Origin: an uncultured Chloroflexia bacterium
GTDB lineage: Bacteria; Chloroflexota; Anaerolineae; Anaerolineales; Anaerolineaceae
Assembly: GCA_963704755.1 (NCBI GenBank)
Contig: OY969938.1
Coordinates: forward strand, 60,001 to 92,000
DNA length: 32,000 bases
Direction: 5' to 3'
In this document: piece after piece, positions 17,219 to 25,984 of the stretch
How positions within the stretch are numbered: position 1 is the first letter of the stretch
How the letters are laid out: each line of letters opens with the position of its first letter
Notes under the pieces: model-generated
The model's input: the letters and a program-made list of their open reading frames with translations, nothing else
The model's database searches: none
What the model was told of the DNA's origin: nothing
Program-made: the position numbers and the translations under genes

Positions 17219-18391
17219 ATGAAAAGCAAAAGAAAACTAGCAGTAGTGATTTTGCCTGTACTATCTTTGCTTAGTTTACTGGTGTTTACGAGTTGTGGAC
17301 CAAAGGCGAAAAGCTTTGGCATAATCTTTACGTCAGATAACGGGGATCCTGGTGCAATGGATATCTACCAGATTTCAGATGATACTCAGAGCCAAATTGA
17401 GCAACTTACATATACACCTACTTTCAGGAAGTATCCGCTGCTGGTCTCTGAAGACGGTAGCGAGATTATCTTTGAATCTGGATTTAAGGAGGTAGAAGGT
17501 GAGTTTTCATTAGAACAGCATCATATCTATCTTCTAGATATTACCAGTAAGGAAATTATGGATATAACAAGGGATTTAGTTGATTACGAACAGGTATGGC
17601 AAAACTTTAGCCTGGATTGGTCGGAAGTTGAAAATCAATTTGTGATGGTGACCAACGAAGTGAAAGGTTCTAAAACAAACAGTTACCTGGAATTTGTAGG
17701 TTTTGATGGAACAAGAAAAAATGAAATTTATATCCCCACAATTGGAGAGATCCCTGCCGTCATTGAAACCGTGAAATGGTCTCCAAATGGGAAAAATATA
17801 TTGCTTACGCAAAGCGCAGTTGGTCTTGGCCAACAATTGCAAAATCTCGGCTCTGCTATCCTGGTTTATGATCTTGAAAATAGTAATTTGACACAATTTA
17901 CGGATTATCAGGATCATTGTCTTCCAAATTCATGGTCGCCAGCCGGCCAGGAATTTGTGGCAACGTGCTTCTCTGTTGTTCCTTCTAGTATTGAGGGAAT
18001 CTCAGGGCCAGGAACAGTACGAATTTTTGACATTGAGAAGGATGACCAGACGGATAAACCTATCACATTCAGCTCCTGTGATAATCCATCCTGGTCACCC
18101 AATGGAGAGCAGCTTGCAATTGTATGCGATAAAGGATACGACCAAAAAGGACTTTTCGTCGTTAATTCCATTGACAATGGGATGCGTGAAGTGAAAATAG
18201 AAGGTGGGAGTAATCCTGTCATTCTAAAAGATCCAACCTGGTCCCCCGACGGCACACAAATAATTTATGTAGCAGGAACTGATACTCGGCACGAAAGAAT
18301 CTTTTCTGTAAATACGAATGGTTCAAAAAATCGATCATTAACCGACCAGGAAGCTGGTTATGAAGTTGTTTCTGTTTATCCAAGGAAATAG
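17219..18391 (+). CDS. Lipoprotein with PD40/TolB-like beta-propeller repeats
   Basis: Signal peptide plus lipobox (LLVFTS-C26). Repeated WSPxG blades: KWSPNGKNILL, SWSPAGQEFV, SWSPNGEQLAIV, TWSPDGTQIIYV. AGGA RBS. Confidence 0.8.
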   Translation: MKSKRKLAVVILPVLSLLSLLVFTSCGPKAKSFGIIFTSDNGDPGAMDIYQISDDTQSQIEQLTYTPTFRKYPLLVSEDGSEIIFESGFKEVEGEFSLEQHHIYLLDITSKEIMDITRDLVDYEQVWQNFSLDWSEVENQFVMVTNEVKGSKTNSYLEFVGFDGTRKNEIYIPTIGEIPAVIETVKWSPNGKNILLTQSAVGLGQQLQNLGSAILVYDLENSNLTQFTDYQDHCLPNSWSPAGQEFVATCFSVVPSSIEGISGPGTVRIFDIEKDDQTDKPITFSSCDNPSWSPNGEQLAIVCDKGYDQKGLFVVNSIDNGMREVKIEGGSNPVILKDPTWSPDGTQIIYVAGTDTRHERIFSVNTNGSKNRSLTDQEAGYEVVSVYPRK

Positions 18392-18464
18392 GTTTTAGGG
18401 AATCCGTACAACGACCTCCAAGATTTAATAGTATGGGGATATATAGGAGCAAATTGGATAAAGA

Positions 18465-19571
18465 ATGAATCTTTCTTTTCGCTGGGTTGCTGTATTTCTG
18501 TTGCTGCCGATTTTGCTTATGGCGGGCTGCACCAAAGTGCAATCCGAACCATCAACTACGGTTGGGGTTTCCATTCCACAAGCATTGCCCTCCTTATCGA
18601 TATCGGCAATAAGTACAGTTCCGGAAAAATGTCATTCCGTACACGTAACTGGCTTGCCGGTAGATGAGGTGCTCATGAATACTCATATTTTGTTTCCGGC
18701 GTGGCCCGAAGAAGGCTCCCCTAGACAATTGTGGGTTTATAGCATAAAGGATAATTCGCAAAAACTGCTGTTCGATGATTTTTCTTCGATCCACTATGAT
18801 GCTGCGGGGTTCCTCAAAGACGGATTTCATTTTATTTTGGCAAGGCCCGGGGAATTCTGGTTATCGGATCTAAATGGTAGTCCACTGAGGCTCATGAACG
18901 AGGCAGATCCAGATTATCAGACGATTCTGGATCTTATCCCAATATATTCCAGGGTGTGGCAAGTTTTTTATGACAAAGATGAGACGGATTCCCCCGACGG
19001 CACAAAATCTGCGATCTGGCTCGTTGGAGATCCGCATCTGGTTATTATGGACAATCTGACCGGAGAAAAATTTAATGTGATCGAATATAATCATATCGGG
19101 TATATTGCAGGTAATTGGTCACCGGATGGGTCGATATACGCATTCACATTCTCGATTGGATTTAACGGAGAACCCAGTAAACTTTATTTCGTAAATTCGA
19201 ACGGGACAGATTTGCGCGAAATGGCTGAATTTGAAAAAATTCAATTAGACCGGCCATATTGGTCACCGGATGGGCAGAAGATCATTTTTGCAGCCACAGG
19301 CATTAATCGCCGACCTACTTATTTCAATGTTTTTTCTGTTCAGACAGGGGATATTGGAACATTTCCCGTAGATGCCGAACTAAGCCTATTATCACGATCA
19401 GGGCATGATATAGATTGGTCTCCTGACAGCCAATGGGCCCTTTTTTTTACGGAAGAATATATTTCTGACCAATGGAGATATAGTATTAATGTTCTTAACA
19501 TCGCAACTGGAGAGTATTATTGCATCCCGAACGAAAAGGGTCTTATCGAAGTAAATGCCGATTGGCGATAG
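18465..19571 (+). CDS. Second lipoprotein with PD40/TolB-like beta-propeller repeats
   Basis: Signal peptide with a classic lipobox (LLMAG-C). Blades NWSPDGSIYAF, YWSPDGQKIIFA, DWSPDSQWALFF. Confidence 0.8.
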   Translation: MNLSFRWVAVFLLLPILLMAGCTKVQSEPSTTVGVSIPQALPSLSISAISTVPEKCHSVHVTGLPVDEVLMNTHILFPAWPEEGSPRQLWVYSIKDNSQKLLFDDFSSIHYDAAGFLKDGFHFILARPGEFWLSDLNGSPLRLMNEADPDYQTILDLIPIYSRVWQVFYDKDETDSPDGTKSAIWLVGDPHLVIMDNLTGEKFNVIEYNHIGYIAGNWSPDGSIYAFTFSIGFNGEPSKLYFVNSNGTDLREMAEFEKIQLDRPYWSPDGQKIIFAATGINRRPTYFNVFSVQTGDIGTFPVDAELSLLSRSGHDIDWSPDSQWALFFTEEYISDQWRYSINVLNIATGEYYCIPNEKGLIEVNADWR

Positions 19572-19946
19572 GCTTTAATGTTCGGGACGCTAAATTTATT
19601 AATCCTTATAATTCTTCAGATTAGCCAGGGTTTTGAAAAACACTGGTTAAAGTTTTTGGGAGCAATAAAGCGTAGTGCTGCTCCTCGGCCACGAGAAAAA
19701 GCGTGGCAAGTAGATTGTTGTGATTACCGAATTGGTGATGGTAGGGATGAGTATGACAGCATGCAATTCCTTAAATCTACCCGATTCCTCAACCAAATTC
19801 ATTCACTCTTTTGATATAATCGCCTCTGAATTTATTCCCGTTATACACATTCCCGGAAGCTCAACAAAATTGGTGCGCAGAAAAATGCGTATAGCCAATA
19901 AAGCCTTTGCGTTAGGAGATTGCCGGGAAATCATCATGGAGTTTCT

Positions 19947-20366
19947 ATGAGTTGTGTCGTTAACCCAGATAGTGCCGGCAAGCAGCGCACTAAACAAACC
20001 AAGGGGATTGTCCTCGCCATACGCGAATTGATGAAACAGGGGGAGCCAAACGAAACGACCAAGGACCTGGCCGCTTATATCGGGGTCACGCTGGTGGAGA
20101 TCGCCGAAACGGTGGAGGTTTCGGTGCAGGCCTGGGAAAAAAGGGATTACTGGCTGAAGGCCGACCGCTTCCGCCTGGAGTGGGAGTGGGCCGAGGTGAT
20201 GGGCAAGGGCATGCAAAAGGCCGTGCTCGGTGAGGACTGGGCCCAGGTGGCCCTATTGGCGTCGAAAATTGCGATCAAGCTGAATAAAATCACGATTGCA
20301 GAGCATAACCGCATCGGCACCCCCTGGGTGGGGGCCTGGCGCTTGCTTAAACAATCTAAGAGTTGA
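19947..20366 (+). CDS. Hypothetical protein (about 139 aa, helical, Trp-rich)
   Basis: The composition looks protein-like, unlike the antisense ORF 19803..20216. The ATG at 19947 has GGAG 5 nt upstream, whereas the track TTG at 19920 has no usable spacing. A strong terminator follows immediately. No family recognised. Confidence 0.6.
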   Translation: MSCVVNPDSAGKQRTKQTKGIVLAIRELMKQGEPNETTKDLAAYIGVTLVEIAETVEVSVQAWEKRDYWLKADRFRLEWEWAEVMGKGMQKAVLGEDWAQVALLASKIAIKLNKITIAEHNRIGTPWVGAWRLLKQSKS

Positions 20367-20374
20367 TTTTTTCC

Positions 20375-20423
20375 AAAATTGGGGTAATTGCGGCGGCTTT
20401 GCCGCCGCAATTACCCCAATTTT
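20375..20423. terminator. Bidirectional intrinsic terminator (23-bp perfect stem)
   Basis: AAAATTGGGGTAATTGCGGCGGC (20375-20397), loop TTT, GCCGCCGCAATTACCCCAATTTT (20401-20423). The A and T runs at the stem base give a U tract in either orientation. Confidence 0.75.
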
Positions 20424-20441
20424 TGGCTTCATTTCTGAAAT

Positions 20442-20473
20442 AAAAAACGGCGGATGAAAATCCGCCGTTTTTT
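20442..20473. terminator. Second bidirectional intrinsic terminator (serves the acetyl-CoA synthetase gene)
   Basis: AAAAAACGGCGGA (20442-20454), loop TGAAAA, TCCGCCGTTTTTT (20461-20473), 19 nt after the minus-strand stop at 20492. Confidence 0.75.
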
Positions 20474-20491
20474 ATATTATTTCTTGAAAGT

Positions 20492-22603
20492 TTATTTCTT
20501 TTTGAGGATAATGCGGGCGTCGACGACTTTGACGCCTTTGCCCTCTTCGTACACCAGCACTGGGTTGGCGTCCGATTCGCTGACCTCATCTTCCAGGTCT
20601 ACGATCATGGAAGAGTAGGCGCAGATGACGTCGGCCAGGGCCTGGCGGTCGCGCGGGGCTTCGCCGCGGACACCGGCGATGATCGGCGCGCCGCGGATTT
20701 CATCCAGCATGCGCAGCGCCTGGCTGGAGGGCACCGGCGCAACACGGAAGGTGACGTCCTTGAGGACCTCGACGAAGATACCGCCCAGGCCGAACATCAT
20801 GGTCGGGCCAAAGGTCGGGTCGTTGACCGATCCCAGGATGACCTCGGTGCCCCAGGGCGCCATCTCTTGCACGGCCACACCGTGGACGTTGGCGTTGGCT
20901 TTGTAGTTCTTGGCGTTGGCCAGAATGGTGGTGAAGGCTTCGCGGGCAGCGGCTTCGTCTTTGATGTTGACGCGTACACCGCCGGCATCAGATTTGTGCA
21001 GAATGTCGGGCGAAACGATCTTCATCACAACCGGGAAGCCGATCTTGCGGGCCAATTCGACGGCCTCGTCTTCGCTGCGGGCCAGGCTGGTGTGGGTCAC
21101 CGGCAGTCCGTAGATACCGAAGACTTTCTTGGCTTCGATCTCGGTCAGCGCATCGCGGCCTTCTTTACGGGCAGCGTCGATGATTTCCATGGCCTCGTCG
21201 CGGGTGTTCTTCAGGCACGGGGCGGCGTTTTCGGAGACGATGGCTTTCATGCGCGAGTAATCACGCAGGGCGGCCATGGCATCGACGGCCAGGTCGGGGG
21301 CGCCATAGGCCGGGATACCCTGTTCGACCAGCCAGCGCATGGCATCTTCAGAGTGCTGGCCACCGACAAAGGACACGGTGATAGGTTTGTCAGTCACTCC
21401 TGAATCGACCACGGCTTTGTGAATGCCCTGGGCGATTTCCATCGGGTTGGTCATGGCGGTTTCGCAGTACAGCACCACCACACCGTCCACCCATTCGTGA
21501 CCGATGGCATAGCGCGTCGAATCGTAGTACCACTCGTTGCCGGCCATACCGGTCAGGTCCACCGGGTTTTTGGCCGAACCGAATTCGGGCATGTGTTTCT
21601 TCAATTCCACCTGCACGTCGCCGGGAGCGAATTTCAGCGGGATGCCGAAGCGCTCGGCCGCGTCGGTGGCCAACACGCCCACCCCACCGCCATTGGTGAT
21701 GATGAGCAGGTTGTCGCCGGTCATGGGCGGCTGGAGTGAAAGGACCAGGGTGCGGTTAAACAGATCGTTCAGGTTGGCAGCCTGGACCACACCGGCCTGT
21801 TGGAAAGCTGCGCCGTAAACTTTTGCGGCGCCGGCCAGCGAACCGGTGTGCGAAGCCGCAGCAGCCGCACCATGGGCAGAAATACCCGATTTGAGCGCGA
21901 TGATCGGTTTGTGGGCGTTGCGGGCCGCTTCGATAAAGTTGCGGCCGTTTTTCAGGCCTTCGATGTAAAGGGAAATGCAGGATGTGTCCGGGTCTTCGTC
22001 CAACCAGGTGACCACATCGGCGAAATCGACGTCGGACATGTTGCCGATCGAAACCAGTTTGTCGAACCCAACCCGGCGAGTATAGGTGGCGGCATCCAGG
22101 GCGATCAGCAGGGCACCCGATTGGGAGACCAGGGCGGCTTTGCCGGGCAGGGGCAGGAACGGGGCGAACGAACCGTTCATCTTGTCCGCGTTGGAAAGGA
22201 CACCCACAATGTTGGGTCCCAGAACGTGCATACCGTAGCTGTTAGCTTTTTCGACCAGTTGGCGTTCCAGTTCTTTTTCGCCCACTTCGCTGAAGCCGGA
22301 AGTGATGACGATCATGCCCTTGACGCCTTTTTTGCCCAGTTCATCGGTCACACCCAAAACGAACTTGGCCGGGATGGTGACGATGGCGGCGTCCACCGGC
22401 CCGGGAACAGCAGTGATGTTCGGGTATACTTTCAGTCCCAGAATATCGCTGGCGGATGGGTTGATAGGGTAGATCTTACCCTGGTAGCCGCTTTCGATCA
22501 GGTTCTTGACGACGGTGTACCCGATCTTCCCCGGGGTTGCCGAGGCTCCGATGACGGCAATTGAATCCGGCTTTAAAATACCGTCTAATATGACTTTATC
22601 CAC
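20492..22603 (-). CDS. Acetate--CoA ligase (ADP-forming), fused alpha/beta subunits (NDP-forming acyl-CoA synthetase)
   Basis: 703 aa. N-terminal CoA-binding domain (IAVIGASATPGKIGY), a succinyl-CoA-synthetase-like ligase domain with the phospho-His loop (AASHTGSLAG), and a C-terminal ATP-grasp domain. GTG start with AGGAGG 7 nt upstream. Confidence 0.9.
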   Translation of the reverse strand: MDKVILDGILKPDSIAVIGASATPGKIGYTVVKNLIESGYQGKIYPINPSASDILGLKVYPNITAVPGPVDAAIVTIPAKFVLGVTDELGKKGVKGMIVITSGFSEVGEKELERQLVEKANSYGMHVLGPNIVGVLSNADKMNGSFAPFLPLPGKAALVSQSGALLIALDAATYTRRVGFDKLVSIGNMSDVDFADVVTWLDEDPDTSCISLYIEGLKNGRNFIEAARNAHKPIIALKSGISAHGAAAAASHTGSLAGAAKVYGAAFQQAGVVQAANLNDLFNRTLVLSLQPPMTGDNLLIITNGGGVGVLATDAAERFGIPLKFAPGDVQVELKKHMPEFGSAKNPVDLTGMAGNEWYYDSTRYAIGHEWVDGVVVLYCETAMTNPMEIAQGIHKAVVDSGVTDKPITVSFVGGQHSEDAMRWLVEQGIPAYGAPDLAVDAMAALRDYSRMKAIVSENAAPCLKNTRDEAMEIIDAARKEGRDALTEIEAKKVFGIYGLPVTHTSLARSEDEAVELARKIGFPVVMKIVSPDILHKSDAGGVRVNIKDEAAAREAFTTILANAKNYKANANVHGVAVQEMAPWGTEVILGSVNDPTFGPTMMFGLGGIFVEVLKDVTFRVAPVPSSQALRMLDEIRGAPIIAGVRGEAPRDRQALADVICAYSSMIVDLEDEVSESDANPVLVYEEGKGVKVVDARIILKKK

Positions 22604-22821
22604 GATGTGTCCTCCTAAATAAGGTAACCTTATGGTTTTTCCAGGTGATGGTGGTGTTTATTTATGTGCACTGGTTGAAAAAAACCGGTATGAAGATAAA
22701 TAAATTGTTTGATTGCTTAATTCTCACCATGGTTATTTTACGCATTTTTTAGAAAACAAATGTACCTAATTTTAGGTCCATTAATCATTTTCGAAACTTC
22801 TCTGGTTCTTGTGAAAGATTA

Positions 22822-22877
22822 CCTCGAAATTGAGGTTTTTGCGCAGTGATACCCACGCAGAAACCTCAATTTCGGGG
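22822..22877 (-). terminator. Long hairpin after the dehydrogenase gene (terminator or operator candidate)
   Basis: Arms CCTCGAAATTGAGGTTTTTGCG (22822-22843) and CGCAGAAACCTCAATTTCGGGG (22856-22877). 20 of 22 pairs are Watson-Crick. The other two are G:U only in the plus-sense RNA. Each arm carries an internal CCTC-N6-GAGG-type palindrome. It lies 25 nt downstream of the stop at 22902. Confidence 0.4.
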
Positions 22878-22901
22878 TACATATCCATCAACATGAGTGG
22901 G

Positions 22902-23885
22902 TCAGCCTTTTATGTAGACATCCGGGTTGGCGCAGTGCGGCAAAGGCTTGCCTTCCAGGCCGGCGATCAGGTTTTCTACGGCCATCACAGCCGAGTCTTC
23001 GCGGGCTTGCTTGCCTCCGCTGGCGATATGCGGGGTAACGACCACGTTTTCAAAGCTGAGGATGGGGTGCCCGGCCGGGATTGGTTCAGGATCGAACACG
23101 TCCAGGCCGGCCGCGGCGATTTTCCCTTCGCGCAAGGCCCACATCAAGGCGTCGATATCCACCACGCTGCCGCGGGCGGTATTGACCAATACTGCGCGTG
23201 GTTTCATCATGGCCAGCCGTTCGCGATTGATGAGGTGGTAGGTTTCGGGTGAGCCAAATACGTTCAGGCTGACGAAATCCGTGCGGGCCAGCAGCCCATC
23301 CAGGTCGCTGTATTCGACACCCAATTCTTTCTCGGCAGCCGGGTCGCGATGGCGGTTGAAATACAAAACGTGCATATTGAAACCGCGTGCGCGGCGGGCC
23401 AGCGCCTGGCCGATGCGGCCCATGCCGATGATCCCCAGAGTACAGCCGTACAGGTCATAGCCGGTAAGGATGTCCGGCCCCCAGGGTTTCCAGATGCCCG
23501 CACGGACCTGCCGGTCGGCTTCGGCTACCCGGCGGGAAGCCGCCATCATCAAGGCCCAGGCAAAATCGGCCGTGGTCTCGGTTAGCACACCAGGAGTGTG
23601 GCCTACCGGCACACCCTGGCGGGTGGCCGTGGCCACATCGATATTATCGAACCCGACTGCCATCTGGCTGATTACCTTGAGCCTGGTCCCGGCCGCGATA
23701 ATCTCGGCGGTAATTTTATCGTTCAGCATCGTCAATAAACCATCCAGGCTGCCCATGCGTACAAGGAGTTCCTCGCGGGCAGGCGGATTCTCACCCGGCC
23801 AGGTTTCGACCTCGGCAACCTGCGCCAGCATTGCGCTGGCCCGGGCCGGTATCTGGCGGGTAACCCAAACTTTATTTTTATCCAT
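22902..23885 (-). CDS. D-isomer-specific 2-hydroxyacid dehydrogenase (glyoxylate/hydroxypyruvate reductase-like)
   Basis: NAD-binding GIIGMGRIGQALARRA, NTARGSVVD and TPHIASG (catalytic His) motifs. The start is 2 nt after the htpG stop. Confidence 0.88.
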   Translation of the reverse strand: MDKNKVWVTRQIPARASAMLAQVAEVETWPGENPPAREELLVRMGSLDGLLTMLNDKITAEIIAAGTRLKVISQMAVGFDNIDVATATRQGVPVGHTPGVLTETTADFAWALMMAASRRVAEADRQVRAGIWKPWGPDILTGYDLYGCTLGIIGMGRIGQALARRARGFNMHVLYFNRHRDPAAEKELGVEYSDLDGLLARTDFVSLNVFGSPETYHLINRERLAMMKPRAVLVNTARGSVVDIDALMWALREGKIAAAGLDVFDPEPIPAGHPILSFENVVVTPHIASGGKQAREDSAVMAVENLIAGLEGKPLPHCANPDVYIKG

Positions 23886-23887
23886 AA

Positions 23888-25771
23888 TTACTCCGTTGGA
23901 TTGGATGTTAATGCAGCTTCCATGATCCTTTGGATCCGGCGCGTCATCGCGGCCGGGTCGGTAGAAAGCCCTTCGATCAGCATGGCATCCTCGAAGATCT
24001 GCTCGATCACCAGTTTACCCAGGTCCGAGTCCTCCGGCAAACTATTGAGTTTTTGGACCAGGGGATGGCCCGGGTTGATTTCCAGGGTCGGCTTGGGGGC
24101 TTCGTATTGCTTATCCAACACCTGGTAAACGCGCTGGAGTTCGGGGCTCATCCCTTCGCTGGCAAAGGTAATCCGCGCGGGCGATTCTTTGAGCAGGTGG
24201 GTAACTTTGACTTCTTTCACCCGGTCACCTAGCACACCCTGGAACCGCGCCGGGATGGCGGCGCTATCGCCTTCGTCCTCGGGCTGGGAATTCTCCTCAC
24301 CCTCTGGCTGGGGTGTCTCCGGCAGGTCGAGCTCCTGGCTGGCCAGGTTGATCAACTCGTGGCCATCGAACTCCTTGAGGTGCATCAGGACGAAGGGATC
24401 CAACGGATCGGCGAAGAAAAGTACATCGTACCCCTGGCTCTTGACCACCTCCAGGTGGGGGCTGCTGGACAGGGCGCGTTCGTCCTCTCCAACCAGGTAA
24501 TAGATCTTATCCTGGACCGAAGGCATTTGCAGGCAATAATCGGCCAGCGAGGTCCATTCATCCAGGTGTTTGGCGGTGTGAAACCGCAGCAGCGGGGTCA
24601 GGGCGTTCGAATTTTCCGGATCGGTGGCGATTCCTTCGCGGATCGCCCGGCTGAATTCTAGCCAGAACTTCGCATAGTCGTCGGGCTTGTCTTTGCCCAG
24701 CGCGACCAGGGCGTCGATGACCTTATTGCCGATCAGCTTGCGGATTTGGGCCATGACCCGGTTGGACTGGATCGATTCACGCGAGACGTTCAGCGGCAGG
24801 TCTTCCGAATCAACCACGCCATCGACGAAGCCCAGGTACTTGGGCAGAATATCCTTGCAATATTCCTGGATGAGCACCTTGCGCGCATAGAGTTTCAGAC
24901 CGTCTTCTTTGCGAGCGAAAAACATCGTTTTCTCGGCAGAAGCTGGGATGTACAGCAGGGCGTAGAGCTGGACGGGTGCGTCGATGGACAGGTGGATTTT
25001 CAGAATGGGATCCTGAAAATCGAGTGAAAACTGGTGATAAAACTCTTTGTACTGCTCATCGGTCACTTGCTGGGGCATCTGGCGCCAGAGCGAGCTGCGC
25101 TGGTTGACCGGCTCGGTGCCCTCGTTGAGGTAAATGGGGAAGGGGATGAAATCCGAATGGGTTTTGATTATTTCGCGCAGGCGGTTTTCCTGGGCGAACT
25201 CGGCTGCATCCTCTTTCAGGTGAATGATGACTTCGGTGCCGCGCTGAGGATAATCGGCAGAGACGACGGTGTAATTTTCCATCCCGGTCGATTCCCAAAG
25301 GGCGGCCGGCTCATCCTTGCGAAATGAATGCGAAATGACTTCGATCCGATCGGCGACCATGAAGGCGGAGTAAAACCCAACCCCAAATTGGCCGATGATA
25401 TCGGAGAGGTGGGTCAGGTTTTCCTGGGCTGCGTCGATGAAGGCTTTGGCGCCTGAATGAGCGATCGTCCCCAGGTTTTGGTGCATTTCTTCCGCCGACA
25501 GGCCAACGCCATTATCACGGATGGACAATGTCTTCTGATCGGGGTCGCCTTTGATCCAGATACCGGGTTCAGCCTGCGGGTCGAGGACATCCGGGTTGGT
25601 CAGCATCTCGAACTGGACGCGGGTAATCGCATCCGAGGCATTCGAAATTAATTCACGCAGAAAAACCTCGCGCTCAGTGTACAGGGAATGGATCAAGATA
25701 TTAAGGAGCTGACGCGTCTCGGCTTTGAATTGGATAGGTTGGGCTGTGGTTGAATTTGATTTAGTAGTCAT
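23888..25771 (-). CDS. htpG: Molecular chaperone HtpG (Hsp90)
   Basis: Bergerat ATPase motifs (RELISNASDA, IGQFGVGFYSAFMV), middle and C-terminal dimerisation domains. The ATG at 25771 has a perfect AGGAGG 6 nt upstream. The track start at 25801 adds 10 residues. Confidence 0.95.
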   Translation of the reverse strand: MTTKSNSTTAQPIQFKAETRQLLNILIHSLYTEREVFLRELISNASDAITRVQFEMLTNPDVLDPQAEPGIWIKGDPDQKTLSIRDNGVGLSAEEMHQNLGTIAHSGAKAFIDAAQENLTHLSDIIGQFGVGFYSAFMVADRIEVISHSFRKDEPAALWESTGMENYTVVSADYPQRGTEVIIHLKEDAAEFAQENRLREIIKTHSDFIPFPIYLNEGTEPVNQRSSLWRQMPQQVTDEQYKEFYHQFSLDFQDPILKIHLSIDAPVQLYALLYIPASAEKTMFFARKEDGLKLYARKVLIQEYCKDILPKYLGFVDGVVDSEDLPLNVSRESIQSNRVMAQIRKLIGNKVIDALVALGKDKPDDYAKFWLEFSRAIREGIATDPENSNALTPLLRFHTAKHLDEWTSLADYCLQMPSVQDKIYYLVGEDERALSSSPHLEVVKSQGYDVLFFADPLDPFVLMHLKEFDGHELINLASQELDLPETPQPEGEENSQPEDEGDSAAIPARFQGVLGDRVKEVKVTHLLKESPARITFASEGMSPELQRVYQVLDKQYEAPKPTLEINPGHPLVQKLNSLPEDSDLGKLVIEQIFEDAMLIEGLSTDPAAMTRRIQRIMEAALTSNPTE

Positions 25772-25984
25772 TTTTGACCTCCTTTTTTTGATTCTTTCCA
25801 AAAATTTGTTTTTTTAGGTTGCGTAAAGAGTCTCTGGAATCGAGGCGTTGGCAAGTGTTTTTTTCCTGCAAAATCCTCATTGTCAATCTTCTATCATGAT
25901 TCTTGCTGATACCGGACGCGGATAGCCGGGATAAGGTATTCGCTAAAGGCGCGCTCCTGATCGTAATCCGGTTTCCATTCCCAC

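Larger units (their letters stand above)
16199..19946. other. AT-rich compositional island (putative horizontally acquired or fast-evolving accessory region)
   Basis: Sampled 60-nt lines inside give 16/60, 20/60, 24/60 and 28/60 G+C. Flanking core genes give 29-34/60. The content is non-housekeeping: a degraded TPR-like gene, a solo repeat and two lipoprotein genes. Confidence 0.6.

Noticed and set aside
16117-19946. Classical tRNA-targeted integrative element or prophage remnant at tRNA-Leu.
   Set aside because: There is no integrase. I found no duplicated tRNA 3' segment at the distal boundary. The AT-rich block adjoins the tRNA 5'/promoter side, not its 3' end. It is kept only as a compositional island.
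19578-20216. ORFs 19578..19814 (+), 19720..19950 (+) and 19803..20216 (-).
   Set aside because: The first two lie in AT-rich non-coding DNA, lack an RBS and have odd composition. The third is antisense to the better-supported 19947..20366 gene, which has an RBS and a terminator.
25772-25893. CIRCE (TTAGCACTC-N9-GAGTGCTAA) or other heat-shock operator upstream of htpG.
   Set aside because: No CIRCE-like inverted repeat or convincing sigma32-type promoter is visible. Only an isolated TTGACA (minus strand, 25886-25881) is present, with no matching -10.
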